Of a stretch of 64,000 nt of DNA, positions 39,769 to 47,804 are shown in pieces (the first letter of the stretch is position 1; the number at the start of each line of letters is the position of its first letter). The DNA comes from Gemmatimonadales bacterium (GTDB lineage: Bacteria > Gemmatimonadota > Gemmatimonadetes > Gemmatimonadales > GWC2-71-9), in the NCBI GenBank assembly GCA_037045245.1, contig JBAOHR010000007.1, forward strand, positions 860,604 through 924,603. Reading direction: 5' to 3'. The notes under the pieces are model-generated. The model was not told where the DNA came from, did no database searches, and was given only the letters and a program-made list of their open reading frames with translations. A program made the translations under genes and the position numbers.

Positions 39769-39922
39769 GATGATCGATGATCGATGATCGATTTTCCCCG
39801 CCCCCGACCGAAGGGAGGCGGCGGGGCCTCCGAAATCGCTGCACTCGGTCGCCAGAAGATGAAGGTACCGAGTGCATCTGGTTCGGAGGCCCCGCCGCTC
39901 GGGCTGCGCCCGAGGGCGGGGA
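39769..39922. repeat. GATGATC heptamer array + ~130-bp nested palindromic element (family 2)
   Basis: GATGATC x3 (39769-39792), then CCCCGCCC..GGCGGCGGGGCCTCCGAA..GCACTCGGT..ACCGAGTG..TTCGGAGGCCCCGCCGC TCGGGCTGCGCCCGA GGGCGGGGA. Confidence 0.8.
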
Positions 39923-39935
39923 GATTATGAGTTCC

Positions 39936-40316
39936 CTACCCCCGCCTCGTCGCGATCCACCACGTCGTCCCGCCCGGATCGCTGACGCCGCCGCGGCGAT
40001 CGGGATCGCCCTTCTGCTCCGGCTCCTGGACCGGGGTGCCGCCGGCGGAGATCGCGCGGAGGAAGGAGGCGTCGACATCGGGGAGATAGATATGGACGTG
40101 CGCGGCCACCGGCGGCCATCCCGGCGCCGAGTCCGCCACCATCACGACCGTGTCATCGATCCGCACCTCGGCGTGCCGAATCCGCCCGTCGGGCGCCTCG
40201 ATCGTCTGGATCAGCGAGGCGTCGAACGCGACCCGCAAGAAGTGGATCGTGGCCTTGGCGTCGGAGACGATCAGGTAGGGGGCAACAGAGGTGTAACCGG
40301 CGGGCTTGAAGTGCAT
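39936..40316 (-). CDS. VOC (glyoxalase/bleomycin-resistance fold) family protein, PhnB-like
   Basis: The ATG at 40316 gives MHFKPAGYTSVAPYLIVSDAKATIHFLRVAFDA....IRHAEVRIDDTVVMVAD...DPGGTTWWIA. Confidence 0.75.
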   Translation of the reverse strand: MHFKPAGYTSVAPYLIVSDAKATIHFLRVAFDASLIQTIEAPDGRIRHAEVRIDDTVVMVADSAPGWPPVAAHVHIYLPDVDASFLRAISAGGTPVQEPEQKGDPDRRGGVSDPGGTTWWIATRRG

Positions 40317-40421
40317 GCGGGCTCCCAGGGGGTGGGTTACCAGAATTGTAGCCACGCCGCCCAGGGGCGATGCGCAGTATGGAACAATGCGCAGAAGCTT
40401 GGGAGATTGGGTCATCGTGGA

Positions 40422-40688
40422 GGGGTGAGGGGTGAGAGGTGAGGGGGGTGAACGGTGAACGGTGAACGAAGGGCTGTCATCCTGAGCGGAGCACCCCGAA
40501 GGGGTGCGCAGTCGAAGGATCTGCGTACTCGCGATCACGCAGATCCCTCGCTACGCTCGGGATGACATGGCCGAGAGGTCCTTCGACTTCGCGACGGCGC
40601 TGCCGTCGCTCCGCTCAGGATGACAACAGCCTGGCCCCCCTCACCCCTCACCGTTTCGTCGTTCACCGTTCACCGTTCACCGTTCACC
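40422..40688. repeat. 267-bp four-layer nested palindrome (GGTGAGG heptamers / GGTGAAC heptamers / GTCATCC element / inner GTCATCC-type unit)
   Basis: GGGGTGAGGGGTGAGAGGTGAGG (40422-40444); GGGGTGAACGGTGAACGGTGAACG (to 40468); element 40476-40624, containing a second complete unit; CCCCTCACCCCTCACCG (40636-40652); GTTCACC x4 (40661-40688). Each layer pairs with its complement on the other side. Confidence 0.85.
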
Positions 40689-41480
40689 CAATCCCCCCTC
40701 CTTCTTCGGCCCCACCAACATCATCGACGGCGGAAACCCGAAGTTGCGCCGCGACGTGCGCGCCAGGTGCGGCGCGTCGGCGAAGCCGGCGGCGTGCGCC
40801 GCCTCGGAGAGCGATGCGCCTTCGGCGAGGAGCTTCCAGACGCGGAGGAAGCGGCGCCAGAGGATGTATTGCCGGAGCCCCATGCCGAGCTGCTCGACGA
40901 GCAGGTGCCGGCAGCGGCTCGGCGAGAGGCACGCCTCGCGCGCGACTTCTTCAAGTGTGAGCGGACGTGTGAGATGGAGATTGATGTAGCGCGTCGCGCG
41001 GAGGATTCGCTCGTCGGTGACCATCGTCGGCTGCACGCCGTCGGTGAGCACGCTCAGGAAGCGACGGATCGCCGCGACGAGCTGTTCGTCACTGCCCTTG
41101 AAGTACTGCTCGAAGACTTCACCGCGCTGGGCGTAGAACGACTCCGGCATCGGCGTGATGCCGAGGTCGAGGTGATGCTCGATCAGCGCGCGACCCTCGC
41201 GCGTCTCGGGTTCGACGAACATCACCGCGTTCACGGGGAGGCCGTATGCATCCATCGTGTGCGGCTGGCGCGACGCGATGATCGCGCCCGAGTAGGCCTG
41301 CCACGGCGAGTCGGTGTCGGGGCGCAGCTTCACGCCCGGCTCCGAGCCGAAGACGACCTGGATCGCGTAGTGGGAATGCGGCGGAACGAGGCCGACCTTC
41401 TCGCCGATGAAGAGACAGCCGCCGTCCCACGACACGAATCGTCCGACGCCGCCATGCACAGCCGTCACGCACCGCTCCAT
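40677..41480 (-). CDS. AraC family transcriptional regulator (cupin + HTH)
   Basis: C-terminal AraC HTH: LTLEEVAREACLSPSRCRHLLVEQLGMGLRQYILWRRF...AAHAAGFADAPHLARTSRRNFGFPPS. The stop codon lies in the GTTCACC array. Confidence 0.85.
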   Translation of the reverse strand: MERCVTAVHGGVGRFVSWDGGCLFIGEKVGLVPPHSHYAIQVVFGSEPGVKLRPDTDSPWQAYSGAIIASRQPHTMDAYGLPVNAVMFVEPETREGRALIEHHLDLGITPMPESFYAQRGEVFEQYFKGSDEQLVAAIRRFLSVLTDGVQPTMVTDERILRATRYINLHLTRPLTLEEVAREACLSPSRCRHLLVEQLGMGLRQYILWRRFLRVWKLLAEGASLSEAAHAAGFADAPHLARTSRRNFGFPPSMMLVGPKKEGGLGER

Positions 41481-41522
41481 CTCAGGGGGTGAGATAGAGT
41501 GTACACACGGCGGGCCGGCGCG

Positions 41523-42559
41523 CTAGACCATCGCCCCCCGCATCACCGCCGCCGCGACCAGCTCGGCGTCGGCGCCGACGCCACCGATCAGCGCCGAGGC
41601 GATCCGGCGCTGCTGCTGGAGCCCGACGAAGTGGAGGCCGGGGGTATCGCGCGCCGCGCGGATCCAGTCGTGCTGCGGCTTGAGGCCGGTGCACCAGATG
41701 ATCGTCGCAGGCTCGAGCACCTGCTCGCCGCAGATCGGCATCCCCTCGATCTCGCCGGAGAAGCGGCCGACGCGGACGATCCCGGCCGCGGGAATCGACG
41801 CGCGCGGGATCCCGATCAGCGAGTCGCCGCCGCTGCCGCGGGTGATCCGCCGGCCGAGGCGGGTGTCGAGCGGGAGCTTGGAGATCACCGGCCAGATCCA
41901 ATCGAAGAGGTCGCGGCCGAGCACGCGGCGCGGGAGATAGCCGGTGTCGCGGCCGGCGAGCCAGACCTTCCGGAAGCGGGCGATCTCGAGCGCGATCTGC
42001 GCGCCGGACGGGCCGGCGCCGACCACCAGCACGGGCCCAGGGGGGAGCCCGAACGGGTTCTGGTACTCCAGCGACGTCAATCTGCAGGATGTCTGGGGGC
42101 GAGTCGTTCCGCCCCCTTGGGGATCACCGGCTGCGCGAAGGCGCCGGTGGCGACGACGACCTGGTCGGCCTCGATCCGCTGCTCGCCGACGGTGAGCCGG
42201 AAGCGGGTGCCGTTCCAGTCGAGCGCGTCGACCGCCGAGTTGCCGCGTACCGGCAGGTCGAAGCGGCGCGCATACTCGGCGAGGTACGCGGCGACCTCGT
42301 CCTTGTCGGGGAGGTGATACGACGGCGCGGGGAACGGCATCCCGGGCAGCGACGAATAGCGCGCCGGGGTGAAGAGCCGGAGCGAGTCCCAGCGGCTGCG
42401 CCAGCTCTCGCCCAGCTCGGCGGCCCGGTCGAGAATCACGAAGTCGGCATCGTACTTGGCGAGGTGATAGCCGGTGGCGAGGCCGGCCTGCCCGGCGCCG
42501 ATGACGACGGTTTCGAAGCGCTCGACGCGAGACGGCGCGGTGACAAGCTGGTCGAGCAT
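41523..42559 (-). pseudogene. FAD/NAD(P)-dependent flavin monooxygenase-like oxidoreductase, frame-disrupted
   Basis: The N-terminal half is 42077..42559 (VVIGAGQAGLATGYHL, FAD GxGxxG). The C-terminal half is in the 41523..42764 frame (VLVVGAGPSGAQIALEI, second GxGxxG). The junction at about 42085-42110 seems to pass through the third frame (PDILQI), i.e. two 1-nt insertions about 20 nt apart. Confidence 0.75.
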
Positions 42560-42673
42560 GGGTCATCCCCTGGGCCCGGGTTCCGAAGGGCCACCCTGTG
42601 GTGGCGCGAACGGATCCAATATCAGGCGCGGTGGGGGGGCGGGACTTGAACGAGGGGGCTGACTTTGCGGGAC

Positions 42674-42895
42674 GATGGTCGATGATCGATGATCGATGAT
42701 CGATAACCCGCTTTCCCCGCCCCCGACCGAAGGGAGGGCGGCGGGGCCTCCGAAGCGGCCACACTCGGTGCCCCCAAGGCGTGTCATCCTGAGCGGAGTC
42801 CGCGTAGCGGACGAAGTCGAAGGACCTCTACCCGGTGCGCTGGGATAGAGGTCCTTCGACTACGCACCCCTTCGGGGTGCTCCGCTCAGGATGAC
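42674..42895. repeat. GATGATC array + left half of family-2 element + full GTCATCCYGAGCG element
   Basis: GATGGTCGATGATCGATGATCGATGATCGAT (42674-42704); CCCCGCCCCCGACCGAAGGGAGGGCGGCGGGGCCTCCGAA..CACTCGGTG; GTCATCCTGAGCGGAGTCCGCGTAGCGGACGAAGTCGAAGGACCTCTA...TAGAGGTCCTTCGACTACGCACCCCTTCGGGGTGCTCCGCTCAGGATGAC (42783-42895). Confidence 0.8.
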
Positions 42896-42899
42896 ACCA

Positions 42900-43433
42900 T
42901 TACTCCAACCCCGCCAACACCTCCAGCAACGACTCCCAGCTCGCCTCAGGAGTGGGCTCCACGACCTGCCACTCCTCTCTGGGGATCGTGATCAGCATCC
43001 CGCCATCGACGGTGATGTCCAGCGAGGGGACGGTGCCGAAGAGCTGCTCGCGCGGGCCGTCGGGGAGGAGGCCGATGACGCGCGGGAGGCCGCCGACGAA
43101 GCGCCTCAGCGGGAGGCCGCAGGAGAGGCACCAGCCGGTGATGCCACCGTTGGCGAGCATCCCCGAGAGTTCGGTGCCGCGCGCGTGGCCGCCGCAGACG
43201 GTGCAGCGGCCGGTGAACCACGCCGGCTCCTCGTGCCACATGTCGATCAGCGACCCGACGGTGAACGGTCCGGCGGTGAGGTGAACCCCTCGACAGCCGG
43301 TGCCTGGCACGCCGAGGTCGGCGTGATGGCGTCGGAGCCACTCGGCGTGGCGGTCGATCGTGGCGAACACGGTGGCGAGCTCATCATTGGGGAGCGCAAA
43401 CGGCTCCCAGGGGAGGGGTGTGACGTAGGACAT
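42900..43433 (-). CDS. hypothetical Cys-rich protein
   Basis: The ATG at 43433 gives MSYVTPLPWEPFALPNDELATVF. It contains CTVCGG...CLSCG (possible zinc ribbon). No family recognised. Confidence 0.5.
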   Translation of the reverse strand: MSYVTPLPWEPFALPNDELATVFATIDRHAEWLRRHHADLGVPGTGCRGVHLTAGPFTVGSLIDMWHEEPAWFTGRCTVCGGHARGTELSGMLANGGITGWCLSCGLPLRRFVGGLPRVIGLLPDGPREQLFGTVPSLDITVDGGMLITIPREEWQVVEPTPEASWESLLEVLAGLE

Positions 43434-43613
43434 GCGGCACCTGTGCGATGAACGATGCCGTCCCATTCGCGCATGGTTCCGACCCGGGGAGGGTCGGCCG
43501 GCAGGACCACCGATAAGGCACGGGTGGTGGCGGGTCAGGGAGCCGGAGCTCTCGCCGCACTCGACATGCTGGCCACCGGGACGGGGGTGGGCCGAAGCGA
43601 AAGGTAACGCGGG

Positions 43614-43833
43614 GATGATCGATGATCGATGATCGATTCCCCCGCCCCTCAGCCGCGGCCGTCAGGCCGCGGAGAGGCGGCGGGGCCTCCGAAGTCGCTG
43701 CACTCGGTACCCCAACAACTATTGAGCGACCGAGTGTATCTGCTTCGGAGGCCCCGCCGCTCGGGCTGCGCCCGAGGGCGGGGAGGTTATCTCAACGGAC
43801 GCGCCGCTCGGGCTCCACCCGAGGGCGGGGAGG
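43614..43833. repeat. GATGATC array + full family-2 palindromic element with duplicated right terminus
   Basis: GATGATC x3 (43614-43637); GGCGGCGGGGCCTCCGAAGTCGCTGCACTCGGTAC...GACCGAGTGTATCTGCTTCGGAGGCCCCGCCGC TCGGGCTGCGCCCGAGGGCGGGGAGG, then a second CGCCGCTCGGGCTCCACCCGAGGGCGGGGAGG. Confidence 0.8.
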
Positions 43834-43836
43834 ATC

Positions 43837-45030
43837 CTACTGGCGCATCCGATACGTCACCACGCTCTCCACGCCGAGGGAATCGCGCTGGTGGGCCAGG
43901 AGATAGTCACGGCCGATCTCGTAGACCTCGAGGGCCGGCCATTCGGCGCGGCAGACGGCGCGTCCCTCGGGAGAGAAGGCGATCCACGCGCGCCGCGAGG
44001 AGTCGGTCGCGGCACGCCCGCGCACCCAGATGCGCCCGTCTTTCCCCATCACGATGTTGGTCACCGCCGGGTAGCGCTCGGCGACTGGCCGCTTCGGATC
44101 GAGCATCGGGTCGACCAGGCGGGCCTTCATGTCGGGCGAGATGTCCGGATACTGCGCGGCGAGCTCCGCGCGCGCCGCAGCGACGGCGGCATCGGTCACG
44201 GTGCGGTCCTCGGTGGTCCAGCGGATCACCAGCGACGGCACCACCTTCTGCCCGACCTTGTAGATCACCAGCTCGGGCTCATTCCAGGTGGCGACCGCGA
44301 GTCGATCGCCGCTGCCCTCGACCTGTGCCGCTCCCTCGAACCATGGCCGCATCCAGACCGACCCCGGATCGGCCACGGTCTGACCCATCCGGCCGCTCGG
44401 CACCGCCATGACGGTGTCGCGCAACGCGCCGTTCGGTCCGTAGCGCAGGATCGTCACCGAATCCATCACCCAGTTGGCGCGCCGACCGATCTCGGCCTTG
44501 CCGAAGATCTGCTGACCATCGTCGAAGATCGCGGCGACGTTCGGGGAGTTGATCTCCGAGGGCGCGGTGACCACGGTCCGCGCGAACTTCATGTCGGGGC
44601 CGAAGAGATGCCACTGCCACGGGCTGTAGTCACCGACCCAGAGCGTGTCGCCGACGGTCCGATACATCAGGAAGGCGTCGGTGAATTCGCCGGGACCCTT
44701 CCCCTCGCGCCCGGCACGGCCGACCAGCGCGCCGGTCGAGTCGTACCAGCGCACCTCCTGCGTCCCCTGATTCACCAGGGCGATCCGGCCATCGGTCAGC
44801 CGACTGCTCCCCATGACGCGATGCAGATACGTCGCCTCGGAATCGTCGGCGCTGCCGATCCGCACCGACGGCACGCTGTCGAGCGTGCAACTCGCCGTCA
44901 CGGCCGTCATGGTGTTCTCGGCGATCGTCACGCCGAGGCTGTCTCGGGTGGTGAAGGCGGCGGTGGGCTTGGCAGCGTCGGCACAGGCGACGACCAGGAG
45001 CAGCGGCAGGATGGCGCGGAGCGGATGCAT
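43837..45030 (-). CDS. lipoprotein, 6-bladed beta-propeller-like
   Basis: The ATG at 45030 gives MHPLRAILPLLLVVAC (lipobox). GKGPGEF and repeated hydrophobic/Gly-Asp blade-like units are present. The fold call is weak. Confidence 0.5.
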   Translation of the reverse strand: MHPLRAILPLLLVVACADAAKPTAAFTTRDSLGVTIAENTMTAVTASCTLDSVPSVRIGSADDSEATYLHRVMGSSRLTDGRIALVNQGTQEVRWYDSTGALVGRAGREGKGPGEFTDAFLMYRTVGDTLWVGDYSPWQWHLFGPDMKFARTVVTAPSEINSPNVAAIFDDGQQIFGKAEIGRRANWVMDSVTILRYGPNGALRDTVMAVPSGRMGQTVADPGSVWMRPWFEGAAQVEGSGDRLAVATWNEPELVIYKVGQKVVPSLVIRWTTEDRTVTDAAVAAARAELAAQYPDISPDMKARLVDPMLDPKRPVAERYPAVTNIVMGKDGRIWVRGRAATDSSRRAWIAFSPEGRAVCRAEWPALEVYEIGRDYLLAHQRDSLGVESVVTYRMRQ

Positions 45031-45142
45031 GCAGGAGCCTGGGCAGGAGGGGGAGGCCACCGACGCGGATGGATCAACGATACCGCAGGGTGGTGGGTGG
45101 GGGGAGGGTGGCGTGGGGGGAGGGTGGCGTGGGAGCGTGGGG

Positions 45143-45286
45143 GGGTGAACGGCGAACGGGATGATGGATGATGGATGATGGATTCCCCCGCCCCCGACCG
45201 AAGGGAGGGCGGCGGGGCCTCCGAACTAGACACACTCGGTACCGCTCCGACTGCATGACCGAGTGCAGCGACTTCGGAGGCCCCGC
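45143..45286. repeat. GGTGAAC + GATGGAT heptamers + family-2 palindromic element (truncated right end)
   Basis: GGGGTGAACGGCGAACGG; GATGATGGATGATGGATGATGGAT (45160-45183); CCCCGCCCCCGACCGAAGGGAGGGCGGCGGGGCCTCCGAA..CACTCGGTAC..GACCGAGTG..CTTCGGAGGCCCCGC. Confidence 0.75.
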
Positions 45287-45558
45287 TCGACCACGCGCGA
45301 TGTAGTCCCCAGCCGCGACACTTGCGACGCGAAGGCTGCTAGCTCCCCACATTCTCACGAAGGAACCGGGCACAAAAAAAGAGACCCGGGATCGTCACCA
45401 CGCGGCGAACAACACCAAGTGGGAGAGGACTTGCCCGGGGACAGTGACCGTATGGTACGAAGTAGCGATCCATGATGCAAGAGATGTAGGCGGAGGCGGG
45501 GACGTCGAGAGCCTGCCCTGAACGAAGCGAAGGTCCGTGCTGCGCGCTGAAGGACTGC

Positions 45559-45858
45559 CTAGGCAACTTTCCGCGTGCGCTTTACCGTCAGGGTGACGTG
45601 GACCCCGGCATGGGCAAGCATGTTGACCAACCCATCGATACTGAAGAGTTCGATACGCCCACGGACCAAGTCACTGATGCGTGGCTGCGTGACGCCGAAG
45701 AGTTGGGCACCAGCGGCTTGGGTCAGCTTGCGGCCCTCGAGCATGCGACGCACCTGCACCATCAATTCGGAGCGAAGCCGCAGGTTTTGCGCCTCTTCGG
45801 GGGGGAACCCGACATCGCGGAACACGTTGCCACTGGAGCGCTGCACCTTCGTTGCCAT
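45559..45858 (-). CDS. XRE-family HTH protein (HigA-like antitoxin type)
   Basis: 99 aa. SSGNVFRDVGFPPEEAQNLRLRSELMVQV...KLTQAAGAQLFGVTQPRISDLVRGRIELFSIDGLVNML follows the pattern of antitoxins paired with Gp49/HigB-type toxins. GGAGG lies upstream. Confidence 0.75.
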   Translation of the reverse strand: MATKVQRSSGNVFRDVGFPPEEAQNLRLRSELMVQVRRMLEGRKLTQAAGAQLFGVTQPRISDLVRGRIELFSIDGLVNMLAHAGVHVTLTVKRTRKVA

Positions 45859-46126
45859 GTGGGCTACCTCCTCGAGCGCGAGCGGATCAGATCGCGCAAC
45901 CGTCTTGGGGATAGCTCGATATACAAAGTTCAGTATTGTCCGTCAATCTGCGCCTCCGGGTTGCCCGAAGGATGGAGGGCTGATCCTGGGCCCGCGGAGG
46001 CGATTTGGACGCGGGAATGGACGCGGAAATGCAGGAGGAACGCAGCGGCGCGGGGTGACTTTACAGCCGCGCATGCCTGCCCTGAGCGAAGTGAAGGGTC
46101 AATGCGCGGCGATGGTGGGAAGATCT

Positions 46127-46290
46127 GTCATCCCGAACGCAGTGAGGGACCTGCGTGATCGCGAATGGGCAAGCGCTTGCCCGCTCACGACTACGCAGGT
46201 CCCTCGCTTCGCTCGGGATGACGGATTGGGGGGTACCGAGTGTATCTGCTTCGGAGGCCCCGCCGCTCGGGCTGCGCCCGAGGGCGGGGA
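46127..46290. repeat. full GTCATCCYGAGCG element + right half of family-2 element
   Basis: GTCATCCCGAACGCAGTGAGGGACCTGCGT...ACGCAGGTCCCTCGCTTCGCTCGGGATGAC (46127-46222); GGTACCGAGTGTATCTGCTTCGGAGGCCCCGCCGCTCGGGCTGCGCCCGAGGGCGGGGA (46232-46290). Confidence 0.8.
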
Positions 46291-46300
46291 AACTCCATCC

Positions 46301-46930
46301 TCACACCCCCGGCGGCAGCATCCCCATCGGCGTCTCGGGCGCCGCGTCGTGCCGGGTGAACGGCCCGAAGACGTTGCGGACGCTCTTCCAGGTGGCGAGG
46401 AGTTCCGGCTCCTTGGCGAAGCGCTTCTTGTTCAGGCCGTCGAGGATGCCGACGATCTCGGCGCACTCGCCGGCGAGATCGGTGAAGTTGGCGCGCGCGG
46501 CGATGTGGTCGCGGCGTCCCGCGTCCACGTCGAGCGAGGCCGACTCGAAGGCGGTGATCGAGGCGGTGAGGTCGGCGAAGAAGCCGTCGCCGAGGCCGAA
46601 CTCGAGCAGCAGCGCCTCCTGGGCGGTGGCGGCGCCGAGCATCGCCTTGGCGTGCGCGACGATGGCGCGGTTCGGGCCCTGGTAGTCGGGGGCGACGAAC
46701 TTGCCGGCCAGTGCGGGGTCGCGCTTCGCCGCCCGCTCGGCCACGTGCACCAGGTGGCGCAGGTTGAGCGCGAGCTCGTTGCGGACGACCTTGCGGCGGG
46801 CGGTGGCGGCGCGTTCGGCGATGGTGCCGAGGCGCTCCTGGGCGAAGACGGTGTCGACGCGGGCGACCAGCGCCTCGAGATCGGTGACGACCTTGAGGTG
46901 GCTCGCCCCGGTGGCGGGGTTGGCCCGCTC
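46301..46930 (-). CDS. hypothetical helical protein (start unresolved)
   Basis: The coding-looking part of track ORF 46301..47317 is HLKVVTDLEALVARVDTVFAQERLG...KEPELLATWKSVRNVFG. There is no in-frame start codon near the N-terminal end of that region, so there is another frame problem or a start further upstream. Confidence 0.35.
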   Translation of the reverse strand, partial: ERANPATGASHLKVVTDLEALVARVDTVFAQERLGTIAERAATARRKVVRNELALNLRHLVHVAERAAKRDPALAGKFVAPDYQGPNRAIVAHAKAMLGAATAQEALLLEFGLGDGFFADLTASITAFESASLDVDAGRRDHIAARANFTDLAGECAEIVGILDGLNKKRFAKEPELLATWKSVRNVFGPFTRHDAAPETPMGMLPPGV

Positions 46931-47015
46931 GAAGGCGAGCGTGCGAGGTGGTTGAGGGATTGTTGGACAGTGGAGGGGGAATGTTGGGGGTTGTGGAGGT
47001 GTTTGACCCGCCCCT

Positions 47016-47317
47016 TCACTCCAGAGTGCGCTTCGCCCCACACGCAGCGCAAAGCTTGGCCTCCGGTGTCCGCAGTGGCTTGCCACACGCCGCGCAGGGC
47101 GGTCCGTACAGGGCGAGTGCGGTGGTGCCACGAGTGCAGCGGGGTTCGTCTCGGGCAAGCCGGTGATGCGCTGATACTCGGCGAGCGCTGCGCCTGCCGA
47201 ACAGGCCGCGACGTGTGGTCTCTCTGCACGAAGCAAGGCGGCCGACCACCGCGCACTCGGTCCTCGTCCAGCATCGGGCATCTCCATCTGGCAGCGCCAG
47301 CAGTAGAGCAGTTGCAT
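47016..47317 (-). pseudogene. possible small double zinc-ribbon protein, spread over three frames
   Basis: MQLLYCWRCQMEMP (frame of 46301..47317), MLDED.. (46432..47274), ..AALAEYQRITGLPETNPAAL.., and the end YGPPCAACGKPLRTPEAKLCAACGAKRTLE (47016..47444). Speculative reconstruction. Confidence 0.2.
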
Positions 47318-47334
47318 TCGGACTCACTCCGTCA

Positions 47335-47758
47335 CTAACGGTGGCGTGGTCGGCCTTGTGCGGTGCAGCGCCAAGTAGGTGGGCAGCGCGGCGCAAGAAC
47401 GGCGGCGATGTGCCCCGACTCCAGCACCGCGCCGAAGTGCCCATCGCAGAAGCGATCGTATCGCACGTGCCCGTAGAGCAGTTTGCGGAGCGTCACCAGG
47501 CGGGCGCGACCGAGGGCGCGTGGGTCATGCATCAATTCATCGGCGCGCCGGCCCCACGCGCTCCAGTTGAATTCGATCATGACACCCGACTCGTAGAGTG
47601 CCTTGTGAAGGCGCATCCCGACCGGTGCGAGGTCGTAGTAGGGGAATTGCCCTTCCTTCCACACCATCCGCCCGGCCTCGAAATCCGGTGCCTCGAGCTC
47701 CGGGAAGAAAGGCGAGGACGTCGCCCCAGTGAGGGGTGTCGGTGTTGCGATTTGGCAT
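47335..47758 (-). pseudogene. DUF6508-like protein, one frame change
   Basis: RALGRARLVTLRKLLYGHVRYDRFCDGHFGAVLESGHIAAVL resembles the DUF6508 C-terminal signature as I recall it. The ATG at 47758 (MPNRNTDTPHWGDVLAFLP) is in the 47537..47812 frame and joins ELEAPDFEAGRMVWKEG in the 47335..47955 frame. Confidence 0.35.
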
Positions 47759-47804
47759 TGCGGAAATGTAGGGTGTGGGTGTGACAGCGACAGCACGCCA
47801 GCCG

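Noticed and set aside
45365-45400. Hairpin CCGGGcacaaaaaaagagaCCCGGG considered as a rho-independent terminator.
   Set aside because: The A/T run lies in the loop rather than after the stem on either strand, so it does not have terminator geometry.
45859-46120. Search for a HigB/Gp49-type toxin upstream of the XRE gene.
   Set aside because: Three-frame translation gives only short stop-interrupted Arg/Pro-rich peptides. Nothing resembles the toxin family.
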